A DNA stretch of 64,000 nt from the human T2T-CHM13v2.0 reference genome, Homo sapiens. The notes under the pieces were generated by a model, which saw nothing but the letters and a program-made list of their open reading frames with translations, did not search any database and had not been told where the DNA came from. Below are positions 49,123-63,966 of the stretch, piece by piece (the first letter of the stretch is position 1; every line of letters begins with the position of its first letter). Position numbers and translations under genes: made by a program. The stretch lies in the NCBI RefSeq assembly GCF_009914755.1, contig NC_060932.1. The stretch is one strand, 5' to 3'.

Positions 49123-52100
49123 GTTACTCCAGTGGATCCTGGAATGCCAATGAGACAGAACCATTCACTCCCCTGGAAAGGGGGCTGAAGCCAAGGAGCC
49201 AAATGGTGTAGCTCAGCAGATCCCACCCCCACGGACCCTAGCAAGCTAAGATCCACTGGCTTGAAATTCTCGCTGCCAGAACAGCAGTCTGAAGTTGATC
49301 TGGGACACTCAAGCTTGATGGGGGGAAGGGCGTCTACCATTACTGAGCCTTTAGTAGGCGGCTTTCTCCTCACAGTGTAAACAAAGTTGCTGGGAACTTC
49401 TAACAGGGTAGAGTGCACCACAACTCTGCAAAGCCACTGTAGCCAGACTGCCTCTCTAGATTCCTCCTCTTTGAGCAGGGCATCTCTGAAAGAAAGGCAG
49501 CAGCCCCAGTCAGGGGCTTATAGATAAAACTCCCGTCTCCCTGGGACAGAGCACCTGGGGGAAGGGGCGGCTGTGGGCACGGCTTCAGCAGACTTAAACG
49601 TTCCTGCCTGCCGGCTCTGAATGGATCTCCCAGCACAGAGTGCAAGCTCTGCTAAGGAACAGATTCCCTCCTCAAGTGGGTCCCTAACCCCCATGCCTCC
49701 TGACTGGGAGATGCCTCCCAGCAGAGGTCGACAGAAACCTCATACAGGAGAGCTCTGGCTGGCATCTGGCAGGTACACCTCTGGGAAGAAGCTTCCAGAG
49801 AAAGGAACAGGCAACAATTTTTGCTGTTCTGCAGACTCCGCTGGTGATACCCAGCAAACAGGGTCTGGAGTGGACCTCCAGCAAAATCCAGCAGACTTGC
49901 AACATAGGGGCTTGATTGTTGGGAGAAAAACTAACAAACAGAAAGAAATAGCATCACCATCAACAAAAAGGACATCCACAAAAAATCCCATCCAAAGGCC
50001 CCATCATCAAACACCAAAAATAGATAAGTCCACAAAGATGAGGAAAAACCAGCACACAAAGTCTGAAAATTCCAAAAACCAGAACACCACTTCTTCTCCA
50101 AATTATCACAACTCCTCACCAGCAAGGGAACAAAACTGGATGGAGAATGAGTTTGATGAATTGACAGTAGTAGTCTTCAGAAGGTGGGTAATAACAAACT
50201 CCTCTGAGCTAAGGGATCATGTCCTATCCCAATGCAAGGAAGATAAAAACCTTTAAAAAAAGGTTAGAGGAATTGCTAACTAGAATAAGTTTAGAGAAGA
50301 ATATAAATGACCTGATGGAGCTGAAAAACACAGCATGAGAACTTTGTGAAGCATGCACAAGTATCAATAGCCAAATTGATCAAATAGAAGAAAGGATATC
50401 AGAGATTGAAGATTAACTTAATGAAATAAAGTATAAAGACAAGATTAGAGAAAAAAGAATGAAAAGGAATGAACAAAGTCTTCAAGAAATATGGGACTAT
50501 GTGAAAAGACCAAACCTACATTTGATTGGTGTGCCTAAAAGTGAAAGGGAGAATGAAACCAAGTTGGAAATCACTCTTCAAGATATTATCCAGGAGAACT
50601 TCCCCTACATAGCAAGGCAGGCCAACATTCAAATTCAGGAAATACAGAGAACACCACAAAGACAGTTATCAAGAAGAGCAATCCCAAGACACATAGTCAT
50701 CAGATTCAACACGGTTGAAATGAAGGAAAAAATGTTAAGAGCAGCCAGAGAGAAAGGTCGTGTTACCAACAAAGGGAAGCCCATCAGACTAACAGCAGAT
50801 GTCTCCGCAGAAACTCAACAAGCCAGAAGAGAGTGGGGGCTAATATTCAACATTCTTAAAGAAAAGAATTTTCAACCCAGAATTACATATCCAGCCAAAC
50901 TAAGCTCCATAAGCGAAGGAAAACTAAAATTCTTTACAGAAAAGCAATTGCTGAGAAATTTTGTCATCACTAAATCTGCCTTACAAGAGTTCCTGAAAAA
51001 AGTGCTAAATATGGAAAGGAAAAACCGATACCAGCCACTGCAAAAGTATACCAAATTGTAAAGACCATCAATGCCATTAACAAGCTGTCAAATAACAGGC
51101 AAAATAACTGGGTAGCATCATGACAGGATCAAATACACACATACCAATATTAACCTTAAATGTAAATGGGCTAAATGCCCCAATTAAAAGATACAGACTA
51201 GCAAATTGGATAAAGAGTCAAGAACCACTGGTGTGCTGTATTCAGGAGACCTATCTCATGTGCAAAGACACACATAGGCTCAAATAAAGAAATTGAGGAA
51301 TATTTACCAAGCAAATGGAAAGCAAAAAAAAAAAAAAAAAAAAAATAGCAGGGGTTGAAATCCTAGTCTCTGATAAAACAGACTTTAAACCAACAAAGAT
51401 CAACAAAGACAAAGAAGGGCATTATATAATGATAAAAGGATCAATGCAACAAGAAGAGCTAACTATCCTAAATATATATGCACCCAATATAGGAGCATGC
51501 TGATTCATAAGGCAAATTCTTGGAGACCTACAAAGAGACTTAGACTCCCAGACAATAATAGTGGGAGACTTTAACACCCCACTGTCAATATTAGACAGAT
51601 CAAGAGGACAGAAAATTAACAAGGATATTCAGGACTTGAACTCAGCTCTGGAGCAAGTGGACTTAATAGACATCTACAGAGCTCTCCACCCCAAATCAAC
51701 AGAATATACATTCTTCTTAGCACCACATCACACTTATTCTAAAATTGACCACACAATTGGAAGTAAAACACTCCTCTGCAAATACAAGAGAATGAGAATC
51801 ATAACAAACAGACTCTAAGATCATACGGCAATCAAATAAGAACTCAGGATTAAGAAACTCACTCAAAACCACACAACTACATGGAAAATGAACAAGCTGC
51901 TCCAGAGTGACTACTGGGTAAATAACAAAATTAAGGCAGAAATAAATAAGTTCTTTGAAACCAATGAGAACAAAGACACAATGTACCAGAATGTCTGGGA
52001 CACAGCTAAAGTAGTGTTTAGAGGGAAATTTATAGCACTAATTGCCCACAAGAGAAAGCAGGAAATTTCTAAAATTGACACCCTAACATCACAATTAAAA

Positions 52101-55100
52101 GAGCTAGAGAAGCAAGACCAAACAAATTTAAAAGCTAGCAGAAGACAAGAAATAACTAAGATGAGAGCAGAACTTAAGGAGATAGAGACTCAAAAAAACC
52201 TTCAAAAAATCAATGAATCCAGGGGCTGTTTCTTTTGAAAAGATTAACATAATAGACCACTATCCAGACCAAGAAAGAAGAAAAGAGAGAAGAATCAAAT
52301 AGACACAGTAAAATATGATAAAGGAGATATCACCACTGATCCCACAGAAATATATTACTACTATCAGAGAATACTATAAACACCTCTATGCAAATAAACT
52401 AGAAAATCTAGAAGAAATGGGTAAATTCCTGAACACATACACCCTCCCAAGACTAAATCAGGAGGATGTCGAATCCTTGAATAGGCCAATAACAAGTTCT
52501 GAAATTGAGGCAGTAATTAATAGCCTACCAACCAAAAAAGCCCAAGACCAGTTGGGTTCACAGCCAAATTCTACCAGAGGTACCAACAGGAGCTGGCACC
52601 ATTCCTTCTGAAACTATTCCAAACCATTGAAAAAGAGGGACTCCTCCCTAACTCATTTTATGAGGCCATTATCATCCTAATACTAAAACCTGGCAGAGCC
52701 ACAACAAAAAAAGAAAATTGCAGGCCAATATCACTGATAAACATTGATGGGAAAATCCTCCAAAAGCAACTCTCAAAATGAATCCAGCAGCACATCAAAA
52801 AGCTTATCCACCACGATCAAGCCGGCTTCATCCCTGGGATGCAAGCCTGGTTAAACATACACAAATCAATAAATGTAATCCATCACATAAACAGAACCAA
52901 TGACAAAAACCACATAATTATCTCAATAGATGCAGAAAAGGCCTTCAATAAAACTCAACACCCTTTTATGCAAAAACTCTCAATAAACTAGGTATTGATG
53001 GAATGTATCTCAAAATAACCAGAGCTATTTATGACAAACCCACAGCCAATATCATACTGAATGGGCAAAAGCTGGAAGCATTCCCTTTGAAAACCAGCAC
53101 AAGACAAGGATGCCCTCTCTCACCACTCCTATTCAACATAGTATTGGAAGTTCTGGCCAGGGCAATCAGGCAAGAGAAAAAAAATAAAGATATTCAAATA
53201 GGAAAAGAGGAAGTCAAATTGTCTCTGTTTGCAGATGACATGATTGTATATTTAGAAAACCCTATTATCTCAGCCCTAAATCTCTTTAAGCTGATAAGCT
53301 ACTTCGGCAGAGTTTCAGGATACAAAATCAATGGGCAAAAATCACAATCATTCCTATACACCATTAATAGACAAACAGAGAGCCAAATCCTAAGTGAACT
53401 CTCATTCACAATTGCTACAAAAGAATAAAATATCTAGGAATACAACTTACAGGGGAAGTGAAGGACCTCTTCAAGGAGAACTGCAAAGCACTGCTCAAGG
53501 AAATAAGAGAGGACACAATCAATTTGAAAAACATTCCATGTTCATAGACAGGGAGAATCAATAGAGTGAAAATGGCCATACTACCCAAAGAAATTTATAG
53601 ATTCAAGCTACCATTGACTTTCTTCACAGAATTTGAAAAAAAACTACTTTAAATTTCATATGGAACCAAAAAAGAGCCTGAATAGCCAAGACAATCCTAA
53701 GCAAAAAGAACAAAACTGGAGGCATCATGCTACCTGACTTCAAACAATACTACAAGGCTGCAGTAACCAAAATGGCATGGTACTGGTAACAAAACAGACA
53801 TACAGACCAGTGGAACAGAACTGAGGCCTTAGAAATAATGCCATACATCTACAACCATCTGGTCTTTGACAAACCTGACAAAAACAAGCAATGGGGAAAG
53901 GATTCCCTATTTAATAAATGCTGCTGGGAAAACTGGCTAGCCATATGCAGAAAACTGAAAATGGACCTCTTCCTAACACCTTATACAAAAAATAACTCAA
54001 GATGGATTGAAGACTTAAACGTAAGATCTAAAACCATAAAAACCCTTGAAGAAAACCTAGGCAATACCATTCAGGGCATAGGCATGGGCAAAGACTTCAT
54101 GACTAAAACACTAAAAGCAATGGCAACAAAAGCCAAAATTGACAAAAGGGCTCAAATTAAACTAAAGAGCTTCTGCACAGCAAAAGAAACTATAATCAGA
54201 GTGAACAGGCAACCTACAGAATGGGAGAAAAAAGGCAAAGGCTGATATCCAGAATCTATGAGGAATGTAAACAAATTTACAACAAAAAGCAAATAATCCC
54301 ATCAAAAAGTGGGCAAAGGATATGAACAGACACTTCTCAAAAGAAGACATCTATGCAGCCAACAGACACATGAAAAAATACTCATCATCACTGGTCATTA
54401 GAGAAATGCAAAACAAAATCACAACGAGATACCATCTCACGCCAGTTAGAATGGTGATCATTAAGAAGTCAGGAAACAACAGATGCTGGAGAGGATTTGG
54501 AGAAATAGGAACGCTTTTACACTGTTGGTGGGAGTGTAAATTAGTTCAACCATTGTGAAAGATAGGGTGGCAATTCCTCAAGGATCTAGAACGAGAAATA
54601 CAATTTGACCCAGCAATCCTATTACTGGGTATATACCCAAAGGAATATAAATCTTTCTACTATAAGGACATATGCACACATATGTTTATTGCAGCAGTAT
54701 TTACAATAGCAAAGACATGCAACCAACCCAACTGCCCATCAGTGATAGACTGGATAAAGAAAATGTGGCACATATACACCATGGAATACTATGCAGCTAT
54801 AAAAAATGAGTTCATGTTCTTTGCAGTGACATGGATGAAACTGGAAACCATCATTCTCAGTAGACTAACACAGGAACAGAAAACCAAACACCAGGTTCTC
54901 ACTCATAAGTGGGAGTTGAACATTTGAGAACACATGGACATAGGGAGGGGAACATCACACACCAAGGCCTGATGGGGGCTGGGGGTCTAGGGGAGGGATA
55001 GCATTAGGAGAAATGCCTAATGTAGGTGATGGGTTGATGGGTGCAGCAAACCACCATGGCATGTGCATAGCTATGTAACAAACCTGCGTTTCCTGCACAT

Positions 55101-55130
55101 GTACCCCAGAACTTAAAGTACAATAAAAAA
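49054..55130 (+). mobile_element. Near-full-length L1PA (about L1PA7/8) lacking the first part of its 5'UTR
   Basis: 5'UTR, ORF1 (50459-51061), many ORF2 fragments (51315-54927) and 3'UTR. TSD-like aaaatattttatgctaa / aaaataatttttgctaa. Confidence 0.95.
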
Positions 55131-56284
55131 TAATTTTTGCTAAAACATGCTAAGAATCATCTGAACCTTCACTGATTTGCAGCTTTTTTGTTAGTCTCTC
55201 TATTGATGGATGCTGACTGATCAGAGTGGTGGTTGCTGAAGTTTGGAATGGCTATGACAATTCCTTGAAATAGACAACAATGAAGTTTGTCACATTCATT
55301 AACTCTTCCTTTCATGAAAGATTTCTCTGTAACATGTAATCTTCTTGGGGGATTTTACCCATATTAGAACTTCCTTCAAAATTAGTCAATCTTCTTAAAC
55401 TCTGCAACCATTTTATCAACTAAGTTTATGTAATATTCTAAATACTTTATTGTCATTTCAACAATGTTCATAGCATCTTCACCAAGAATAGAGTCCATCT
55501 CAAGAAAACACTCATGAGATTGGAACAATTCAGTCACATCTTCAAGCTCTACTTCTGATTGTAATTCTCCAGCTATTTCCATCACATCTACTCTTACTGC
55601 CTCTACTTGAGAAGTCTTGAACTCCTCAAAGTCACCCATGAGTTGGCATCAACTTCTTCCAAATGCCTCTTAATATTGATATTTTTACCTACTCCTGTCA
55701 ATATTAATCATGAGTATTCTTAATAGTATCAACAATGGAGAATCATTTCCAGAAGGTTTTCAATTGATTTTGCCCAGGTCCATCAGAGTAATCCCCATCT
55801 ATGGCAGCTGTCCCTGTATTAAATATATTTCTTAAATAATATGACATGAAACTTTGAAATTCCTTTTTCATCCATGGGCTGCAGAATGGATTTTGTGTTA
55901 GCAGGCATGAAAACTACATTAATCTTTTTCATCTTCATCAGTAGTCTTGGGTGTCCAGGAACATTGTCAGTAAGCAGTGATTATTGGAAAGGAATGTGTT
56001 TTGATGTGTGTTTCAGGGTGTGTGTGTGTGTTTCTGAGCAGTAGGTCTCAACAGTGGGCTTAAATATTCAGTAAACCTTGCTGTAAACAGATATGCTGCC
56101 ATCTAGGCCTTGTTGTTCCATTTCTAGAGCACAGGCAGAGTAGATTCACCATAATTGTTAAGGGACCTATCCTTGCCCTAGGATTTCAGAATGGTAAATA
56201 AAAATGGAATTCAACTGATAGCAGCTGCATTAGCCCCTAACAAGAGTTCGCTGAAGCTTGGAAGGCAGACATTGACTTCCTTCC

Positions 56285-56583
56285 TTTTTTTTTTTTTTTT
56301 TTTGAGACAGAGTCTCGTTCTGTCACCCAGGCTGGAGTGCAGAGGTGTGATCTACACTAATTGCAGCCTTTGCCACTGAGGTTCAAGCAATTCTCCTGCC
56401 ACAACCTCCCAAGTAGCTGGGAATACAGGCATGCACCGCCATGCCCGGCTTATTTCTGTATTTTTAGTAGAGATGGGGTTTCACCATGTTGGCCAGGATG
56501 GCCTTGATCTCCTGACCTTGTGATCTGCCTGCCTCAGCCTCCCAAAGTGCTGGGATTATAGGCATGAGCCACTGTACCTGGCT
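56285..56583 (-). mobile_element. Alu (AluS-type) inside Tigger1
   Basis: Reverse dimer with poly(T). TSD ttgacttcctt. Confidence 0.95.
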
Positions 56584-58279
56584 TGACTTCCTTTTACCTA
56601 TGAAAGTCTTAGATGTCATCTTCTTCTAATATGAGGCTATTTAATGGATACATCAAAAATCTGTTTTTTAATGAAGCCGTATTCATCATTAATCCTAGCC
56701 CTAGTTATAGCTTCTAAAGCTCCTGCAACAGCACTTGTTTCTTCATCTTGTAATTTTATATATGGTGACAGTATCTTTTCTTGAGTCTCATAAAGCAACA
56801 TTTGCTATCTTCAAACTTTTTTTTCTGTACCTTCCTCACCTCTCAGCCTTTATAGAATTGAAGAGAGTTAGTATCTTGCCCTGGATTAAGATTTGGCTTA
56901 AGGGAATGCTGTGGATGGATTGATCTATCCAGGCCACTAAAACTTTCTCCTTATCAGTAAGAAGATTGTTTTGCTTCAAAATGCATGTGTTCACTGGTGT
57001 AGCACTGTTAACTTCCTTCAAACACTTTTCCTTTGCATTCACAACTTGGCTAACTGGCAGAAGAGGCTAAGCTTTTGGCTTATCTTGGCTTTCAATATGA
57101 CTTCTTCACTAGGCTTTTTCTTTTCTAGCTTGTGATTTTAAGTGAGAGACTTGCAATTCTTTCTTTTATTTGAACACTTAGAGGCCATTGTAGGGTTATT
57201 CTTTGTTCTAATTTCAATATTATTGTGTCTTAGGGAATATGGAAGCCCAAGGAGAGGGAGAGAGATGGGGAACAGCTAGTCAGTTGAGCTGTCAGAACAC
57301 ATACAACATTTATTCATTAAGTTCCTTGCCTTATGTGGCGTGGTTTGTGAAGCTCCAAAAGAATTACAATAGTAGCATCAATGATGACTGATGACAGATC
57401 ACCATACCACGTATAATAATAATGAAAAAGTTGAAATACTGTGGGAATTACCAAAATGTGATGCAGAGACACAAAGTGACCACAAGCTATTATAAAAACA
57501 GCATATAGATCTGCTGGATGCATGGTTGACATAAACCTTCAATTTGTAAAAAATCTGTGAAGCAAAATCGAGCAAAATGTAATAAAATGAGATATGTCTG
57601 TACTTGGATATTGGGTTTTAAAATCCACTTAACCACTTTATCTCTGTGGTTTTGGAAGTTTATTCCACTTAACATTTAAATAATTGCTGATAGGGAAACA
57701 CTTACTGCTGTCATTTTGTTGTTTTCTGTATGTCTTATAGTTACAGTGCCCCTCTTTTCCTCTTTAGCTACTTTCATTTGTTTCCTTGTTTTTTGTAGTT
57801 CCATGCTTTGATCCTTTTATCAATTTCTTTTGTGTACCCCTTATAGGTATTTCTGTGACTCTAATAGGTATTGCATAGAACATACTATAACAATCTATTT
57901 TAAATGGATAATAACTTAATCACAGTACACAGATCTTACTTCTTTACATCCCCTCCCCACCTTCTATACCATATATTGGTTTCAAGTTAGTGTCTCTGTT
58001 GGGGAATGAAATATAGAGATTTCTATCCCACAATCTTGCTGTTATTAATTCCCTTTTACCTATTTTTAATGGACAAATATACTTGTTAAATTATTATTTT
58101 CTATTAAAAATAAGTCACCTAGGCAAGAAATAATCATGTTAATATACTTTATTAAATACTATTAACCGTTTTTAAGTAAGTGAATTTAAACTGATAACTC
58201 CATGTCAATCACATACACTGCCTTATAAATACAACTTGTTATATTTTATATCCCTTAAACCACTTGTATAGGTGTAGTT

Positions 58280-58570
58280 GTGATACAAATTCCACATCTG
58301 TGAATTTAGCCTGCCGCAAATCAAAATTGTTAATTAAAATATTACACAACAATAAAAATAATACAAATAAACAGTACAGTATAACAACTACATACATATT
58401 TACATTGTATTTGGTATTATATGCAATCTGGAGATGATTTAAAATATACTGAAGGATGTGCATAGGCTATATGCAAATACTACACCATTTTATGTAAGGG
58501 ACTACAGCAGATGTGAATTTTGGTATGTGAAGGGTGTCCTGGAATCAATCTCCCATGGAGGAATGACTGT
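58280..58570 (-). mobile_element. MER2-type (TcMar-Tigger) DNA transposon
   Basis: Matches the reverse MER2 consensus (gatgtgcataggctatatgcaaatactacaccatttta...gtcctggaatcaatctccc...gactg|ta). Confidence 0.8.
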
Positions 58571-60305
58571 ATAGTTATTTTTCACAGTTTTATCATTTAA
58601 ATTCTGTACCACAATAAAAATTACTATGAATACACCTTCATTATTCTGTATTTGTCTACATCTACCTTTACCAGAGGACATTATTTTTTATATGCATTTC
58701 TCTTTCTATCTAGTGTTCTTTTACTTCAATTTGAAGAATTGTCTTTAGCAATTTTGTAAAACAGTTCTAGTGGTGATGAAGTCCCATGGTTTTTGTTTAT
58801 TTAAGAAGATCTGTATTTCTCCCTCAAATTTATTGAACAGGTTTGCTGGGTATGGTATTCTAGATTGGCTGATTTTATTTTTCTTTCAGCACTTTGAATA
58901 TATCATCCCACTCCTTTCTCCCTATAATGTTTCTGCTGAGAAATGTGTTGATCTATGAGATCTTCCCTTTACCTGCAAAATTGCATTTTTTTCTTGCAGC
59001 TTTCAAGATTATCTGTTTATCTGTGACTTTTGACAGTTTGATAATAATGAGTTTCAGTGTGAGCCTTTCTAGGTTCATCCTAGTTGGAGATCTTCAAGTT
59101 TCTTCTATTGTATGTTCATTTTCTTCCCCAGATTTGGGACATTTTTGAAAATTATTTCTTTGAATAAGCTCTCTGCCCATCTCCTTCTTTTTTCGGACTT
59201 CTATAAAGTGTCTATTGGTCTGCTTGATGGTGTCATATAAATCTCTTAGCATTTCTTCACTTTTCCTAATTCTAATTTCCTTTTAGTCCTCAAATGTCAT
59301 GCCTTTGAATTCACTTTTTCTTCTGCTTGATAAAATCTGCTATTGATTATCTCTAGTGAATATTTCACTTCATTATTGTATTCTTCATCTTCAGAATTTC
59401 TGTGTGGGTTTCTTGTCTTTTCTATATTTTTGACATTTTCAGTTCATGCATAATTTTTCTAATTTTATTTAGCTATCTGTGTTTTTGTTTTAGCACACTG
59501 AGCTTCTTTGAGATGATTATTTTGTGTTTTTAAAGATAATTTACAGACCTGGTTTCCACTTGGTTTTCGGTGGTTTATTTTGTTTCTCTGTTGCTTCATA
59601 TGTCTGTGCTATTATTTTTTTTCTGGGATTTGTGAATTTGAAAAAATCAGCCATGTCTCTTAGACTTTTTCTAACTGATTACACACCGGAAAAGAACTTC
59701 ACCAATCAGCCTGGGTAAAGTGTCTCCCAAACATTTTCAGGGGATTCATCTTCTCTGGGCATGTAATATCCCAAAAGAGAGGTTTGTTGGTTTCTTTTTC
59801 CTGACCTTATAATTACTATTTCCTCTGCTGGTCTGGCTGCAGAACTGCAGGTTCTCTAGTGCTGCAATGAGCCCCTGAACTCTTCTGTGTTCTCTGAGCC
59901 TCAGGCATCCAGAGTATGCTATGTCTATCAGTGCACCCAGTCAGTGACACAGAAACCAGACCCTTGTGCACTCCCCCAAAAGCCAGAATATTGGATGAGT
60001 GTTTTTTGCTTTTCTTCCACTCTAGAGAGTGGCTGCAAGTTTGACACTTACTTCTGATCACACCAAGTTATTCCAGCTTAGTGGAAGGGCTGTCATGGGT
60101 GAAATGAAATGGTCTTTTTACCCATTTTTAATGTGGCTGCTCTTGGCTTTGAGCTTACCTGGGTTACTGTGACTTATTAACTAGTTTCTGGAGCACTCTT
60201 CAAAGCTTTCTTAACTATATATTGTTGCAAAGTTGGTGTGTCTATGGGAAGCAAGGTCTGAGGTTTCTATTCCACCATCTTTCTGAACTTCATCAAAGTC
60301 AGCAT

Positions 60306-60629
60306 ATATATGTGTGTGTGTGTGTGTGTATACACAAACACATATATACACGCATATATATATATATATTTTTTTGAGATGGAGTCTCCCCCTGTTGCCA
60401 GGCTCATTGCAACCTCTGCCTCCTGAGTTCAAGCAGTTCTCCTGCTCAGCCACCCAAGTAGCTGGGACTACAGGCGCTTGCCACCACACCAGGCTAATTT
60501 TTGTATTTTTAGTGGAGACTGGGTTTCACCATGTTGGCCAGGATGGTCTCGATCTCCTGTCCTTGTGATCATCCCGCCTCATCCACCAAAAGTGCTAGGA
60601 TTACAGGCATGAGGCACCGCGCCCGGCCC
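60306..60629 (-). mobile_element. Alu with internal deletion; tail converted to (TA)n/(TG)n microsatellite
   Basis: Reverse Alu at 60369-60629. TSD aagtcagcat at 60296-60305 and 60631-60640 encloses the microsatellite. Confidence 0.9.
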
Positions 60630-60639
60630 GAAGTCAGCA

Positions 60640-62820
60640 TGTTATTAAACAACTCCCACTGTGTTCCCCAGAAAGGTATGCAAGCACTGGTTGCCCTACA
60701 TTCTTTCCAATATTTGATGCTCAAATATTTCTTCCAGCCATTCTATTGAGTGTGCAGTGAAATCTTATTGTAGTTTTAATTTGCATTTTCCTGATGACTA
60801 ATAATAATTATCTCCATATTGTGTGATTATTGGCCATGTGCATATCTTCTTTTGGAAAGCTTCTGTTCAAGACTTTTCCCCATTTTTCTGTTGGTATGTT
60901 CTTTTTACTATTATAGTGCATGAATTTTTAAAAATATTATCTATATAAGCCTTTTGCCAGTGATATAAATTACGAAGATTTTCTCTTAGTCTTTGTATAT
61001 CTACATTTTTCACTTGAGGTTGTCTTTGTTAGCAGAAGCTTTATTTCCTTTTATTGTTTTTGTATCCTCTCTAAGACATACTTGCCTACCCCAAGGTTGC
61101 AAAGATATTTTTTCTTATTTTCCTCTAGAGGCCTGTTGCTTTAGCTTTTATGTTTACATTTATAATACATCTTATATTTTTGTGCATCTTACATAAGAAT
61201 CAATTATGTGTGTGTGTATTTGATATATGTATATATATGATTATTATTTGATCATACATGTTTGGATTTATTTTGAGATACTTTGTTATTTCCACTAATT
61301 TACATGTCTATTTTTTTAAATGAAAATCATATTATTTATTATTGTAACATATCCTAAAGTGACCTAGAAGAGGTTCTTCAACTTTGAAATCTGTAAAGAT
61401 CATTTGGCTATTCTACATCTATTGTATTGCTGCATATATTTCAGAAATCGCATGCCAATTTGCATAAAAAATGTATTGGAATTTTGAATGGAACTAAATT
61501 AAATTTATAAACAATTTGGAGATTACCTTTTCATTTATGTTTTCTTCTCAGCAATATATTAGTCTTTTTAATTTGGAATTATTGCATATCTTTCATTAAA
61601 TTTATTTATATGCATTTTATGTTTTAATTTTATTGTAAATAATATTTTAAAACTTCATTGTCCAGTTGTTTATTGCCAACACATAAAATATAATTTAATT
61701 TTATATATTAACATATTGCAACATAGCATAATTCTAGAAAGACTTTTCTGCATTCTTAACGTTTTTCTATATACACGATTGTGTTATCTGCAAATAAGGT
61801 TTTGCTTCTTCCTTTCCAATCTACATTTCTTTAATTATTTTGACTTTCCCGTTGCAGTGGCTAAGACTTCCATTTTTATTTTTAACAACGTGTTAAGGGT
61901 AGACATCCCTTTCTTTCTCTTGATACTAGTGGGGAATAATCTAGGTTTATTTTGTCATTAGTTAGGGTATCGGATATAGGTTTTTAAAGATGTTCTTTAT
62001 CAGATAGAGGAGCACATCTATTCCTAGAACGCTAAAGTTTTTAATTTGCTTTTTGTAAAAAACAAAAATTGATGGTGAATTTTCTCAAATATTTTTCTAC
62101 ATACATCAAAATATTACATATATGCTTTCGTTCTTTAGCCTTTTGATATGGTAAATGTTTAAAATGGATTTTGAATGTAAAACCAAGCTTGCATTTCTAG
62201 AATAAATACCACTTACTTGGTCATGATGTGATATATTTTTCATATATTACTAGGCTTGGTTTGCTAATATATTGTTTACATTTTTCTTTTTTGCATATGT
62301 CCATAAGAGTTGATAGTCTCTTTCTTCTTTTGTAAATTTTGGTTAGATTTTTTTTAATGTATTTGTTCACTTCAACTAAGTTGTCAATTTCTTTCATGAA
62401 GTTATTTATCATGACCGCTCATCATTCCTTTTAACATCCGTTAGCTCTCAGTAATGACCCCTCCTTCATTCCTGATGTTGATAACTTGTATTTTCTGTCT
62501 CTTTTTTCTAAATTTTTTTTTTGCTATGGGTTTATCTAATTTATTAGTTTCCCCAAATATCTGATATTTGCCTTAATTAATTTTCTTTATTATTTTCTCT
62601 TTTCTATTTAATTTTTCCCAGTTTTATTTTTATTTTTCATTTATTTTGTTTGTTTTGCTTTGGTTCAATTTGCTCCTCCATTCTTAAGTTCTTAAGATCA
62701 TTAAGTTTATACCTACCTTCTTTTGGTGTATGTATTTAAACATTTAAATTTCACTCAAATGACTACTTAAGATTCAGTCACAGAGTTTGATATGTTGTAT
62801 TTTTATTTTTGTTCAGTTCA
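60640..62820 (-). mobile_element. Highly decayed L1M(E) fragments
   Basis: Reverse ORF2-like motifs (ttaatttgcattttcctgatgactaat; aaccaagcttgcatttctagaataaatacc). Confidence 0.6.
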
Positions 62821-63883
62821 AAATGTATATGCTTTAAAATAATAAGTATATACATTTGCTTTAAAGTAATACATATATACATTAAAATGTAGAAGATATA
62901 AATGCAAATAAACTTCACAGGAAAAATAACTAAAACATAGTGTGATATTCTTACAGTTTAAAGATTAGAAAAATTATATCCAGATCAGTATAGCGAGAAA
63001 GCCTATATTTCCCATCTTAGTTCCAGGAAAATTACAGAATGTGAGAGTAATAAAAGAGAAGAACAATATCTGTTTTTTAGCACATGGACTATTATGTAAG
63101 TAGTGTTCCCTATGACCTATGATGTTTGAAATCAAGTATAATATTTCAAATATTAATTGAGCGTCAATTATATTTGTGGGTAATATTTATAAACATTAGT
63201 AACTTTAAAAAATATCTTTAGAAAAATCAAATAATCAGAAGTCAGGAACTATTGTGACTCTAACACTTACTAAACTGGGAAATCTTAGAAAATGACAAAT
63301 CTTTAAGGCATTACTCATCTTTAAAAAATAGATATTAGTAGGCATCTCATTAAAATCTAATATGAAGTTTTTTCATTGCAATTATACAAAATGTGATAAT
63401 TTTAATGGATACTTGGATACTAACAAAGAGTACCTACAAAAACAGAACATGCAAACATTTTTGCATCATGGAAAATTATAGTTTCTAAGGGTAGGATTTA
63501 CCACTTGGTTGAAATATGACATTAAATAGAACTCTGTAGACAACCAAAATCTTGTATTATTTTAAGTATGGTTTCTAAGAGCAGGCCACTTTAGATAATT
63601 AAACAAAATAATACTTTTTATAAGGCTGTACATTTTCCTTTATAAAGTCTTAATGTTTCTGAAATCAAAGACAAATTTTTGTGAGTCTCTTTTAGTGCCC
63701 AGATACCTGTAGTCACTTGGCTTACTTGCAAAACTCTGGCTTTAGTATAACTGAGATAAAATTGTATTGTAATATCTGATTTACTTGATATTACTGAGTA
63801 TCCTTGAAAGTGTAATGGAATGCATCAGTTTAGAAGGTTATGGCATTCTCACCAGTGGAATGTTATGATTTTGTCTCCTGCAG

Positions 63884-63966
63884 GTGCTCCAAGTGACCAG
63901 AGCAGTGGCACCTCCTCTCCTCTCTGTGACAGTGGCTTACATCTCAACTACCATCCCAACAATACA
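63884..63966 (+). CDS. SNTG1: Gamma-1-syntrophin next coding exon (83 bp)
   Basis: Acceptor ttttgtctcctgcag, donor gtaaga. The first GT completes TGT (Cys) with the T of the previous exon, then APSDQSSGTSSPLCDSGLHLNYHPNNT, continuous with the recalled SNTG1 sequence NEDCACAPSDQSS. Confidence 0.95.

Larger units (their letters stand above)
48850..57600 (-). mobile_element. Near-complete Tigger1 DNA transposon interrupted by an L1PA and an Alu
   Basis: Both TIR-bearing ends present (taagcatatcttggagatattgccgg... and ...aaaatgagatatgtctg|ta). Transposase remnants at 55382-55639 (GDFEEFKTS...DVMEIAGEL) and 56836-57042 ([18 protein letters not shown]). Confidence 0.9.

Noticed and set aside
55382-57042. 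Domesticated Tigger transposase gene
   Set aside because: The transposase is fragmented, Alu-interrupted and full of stops.
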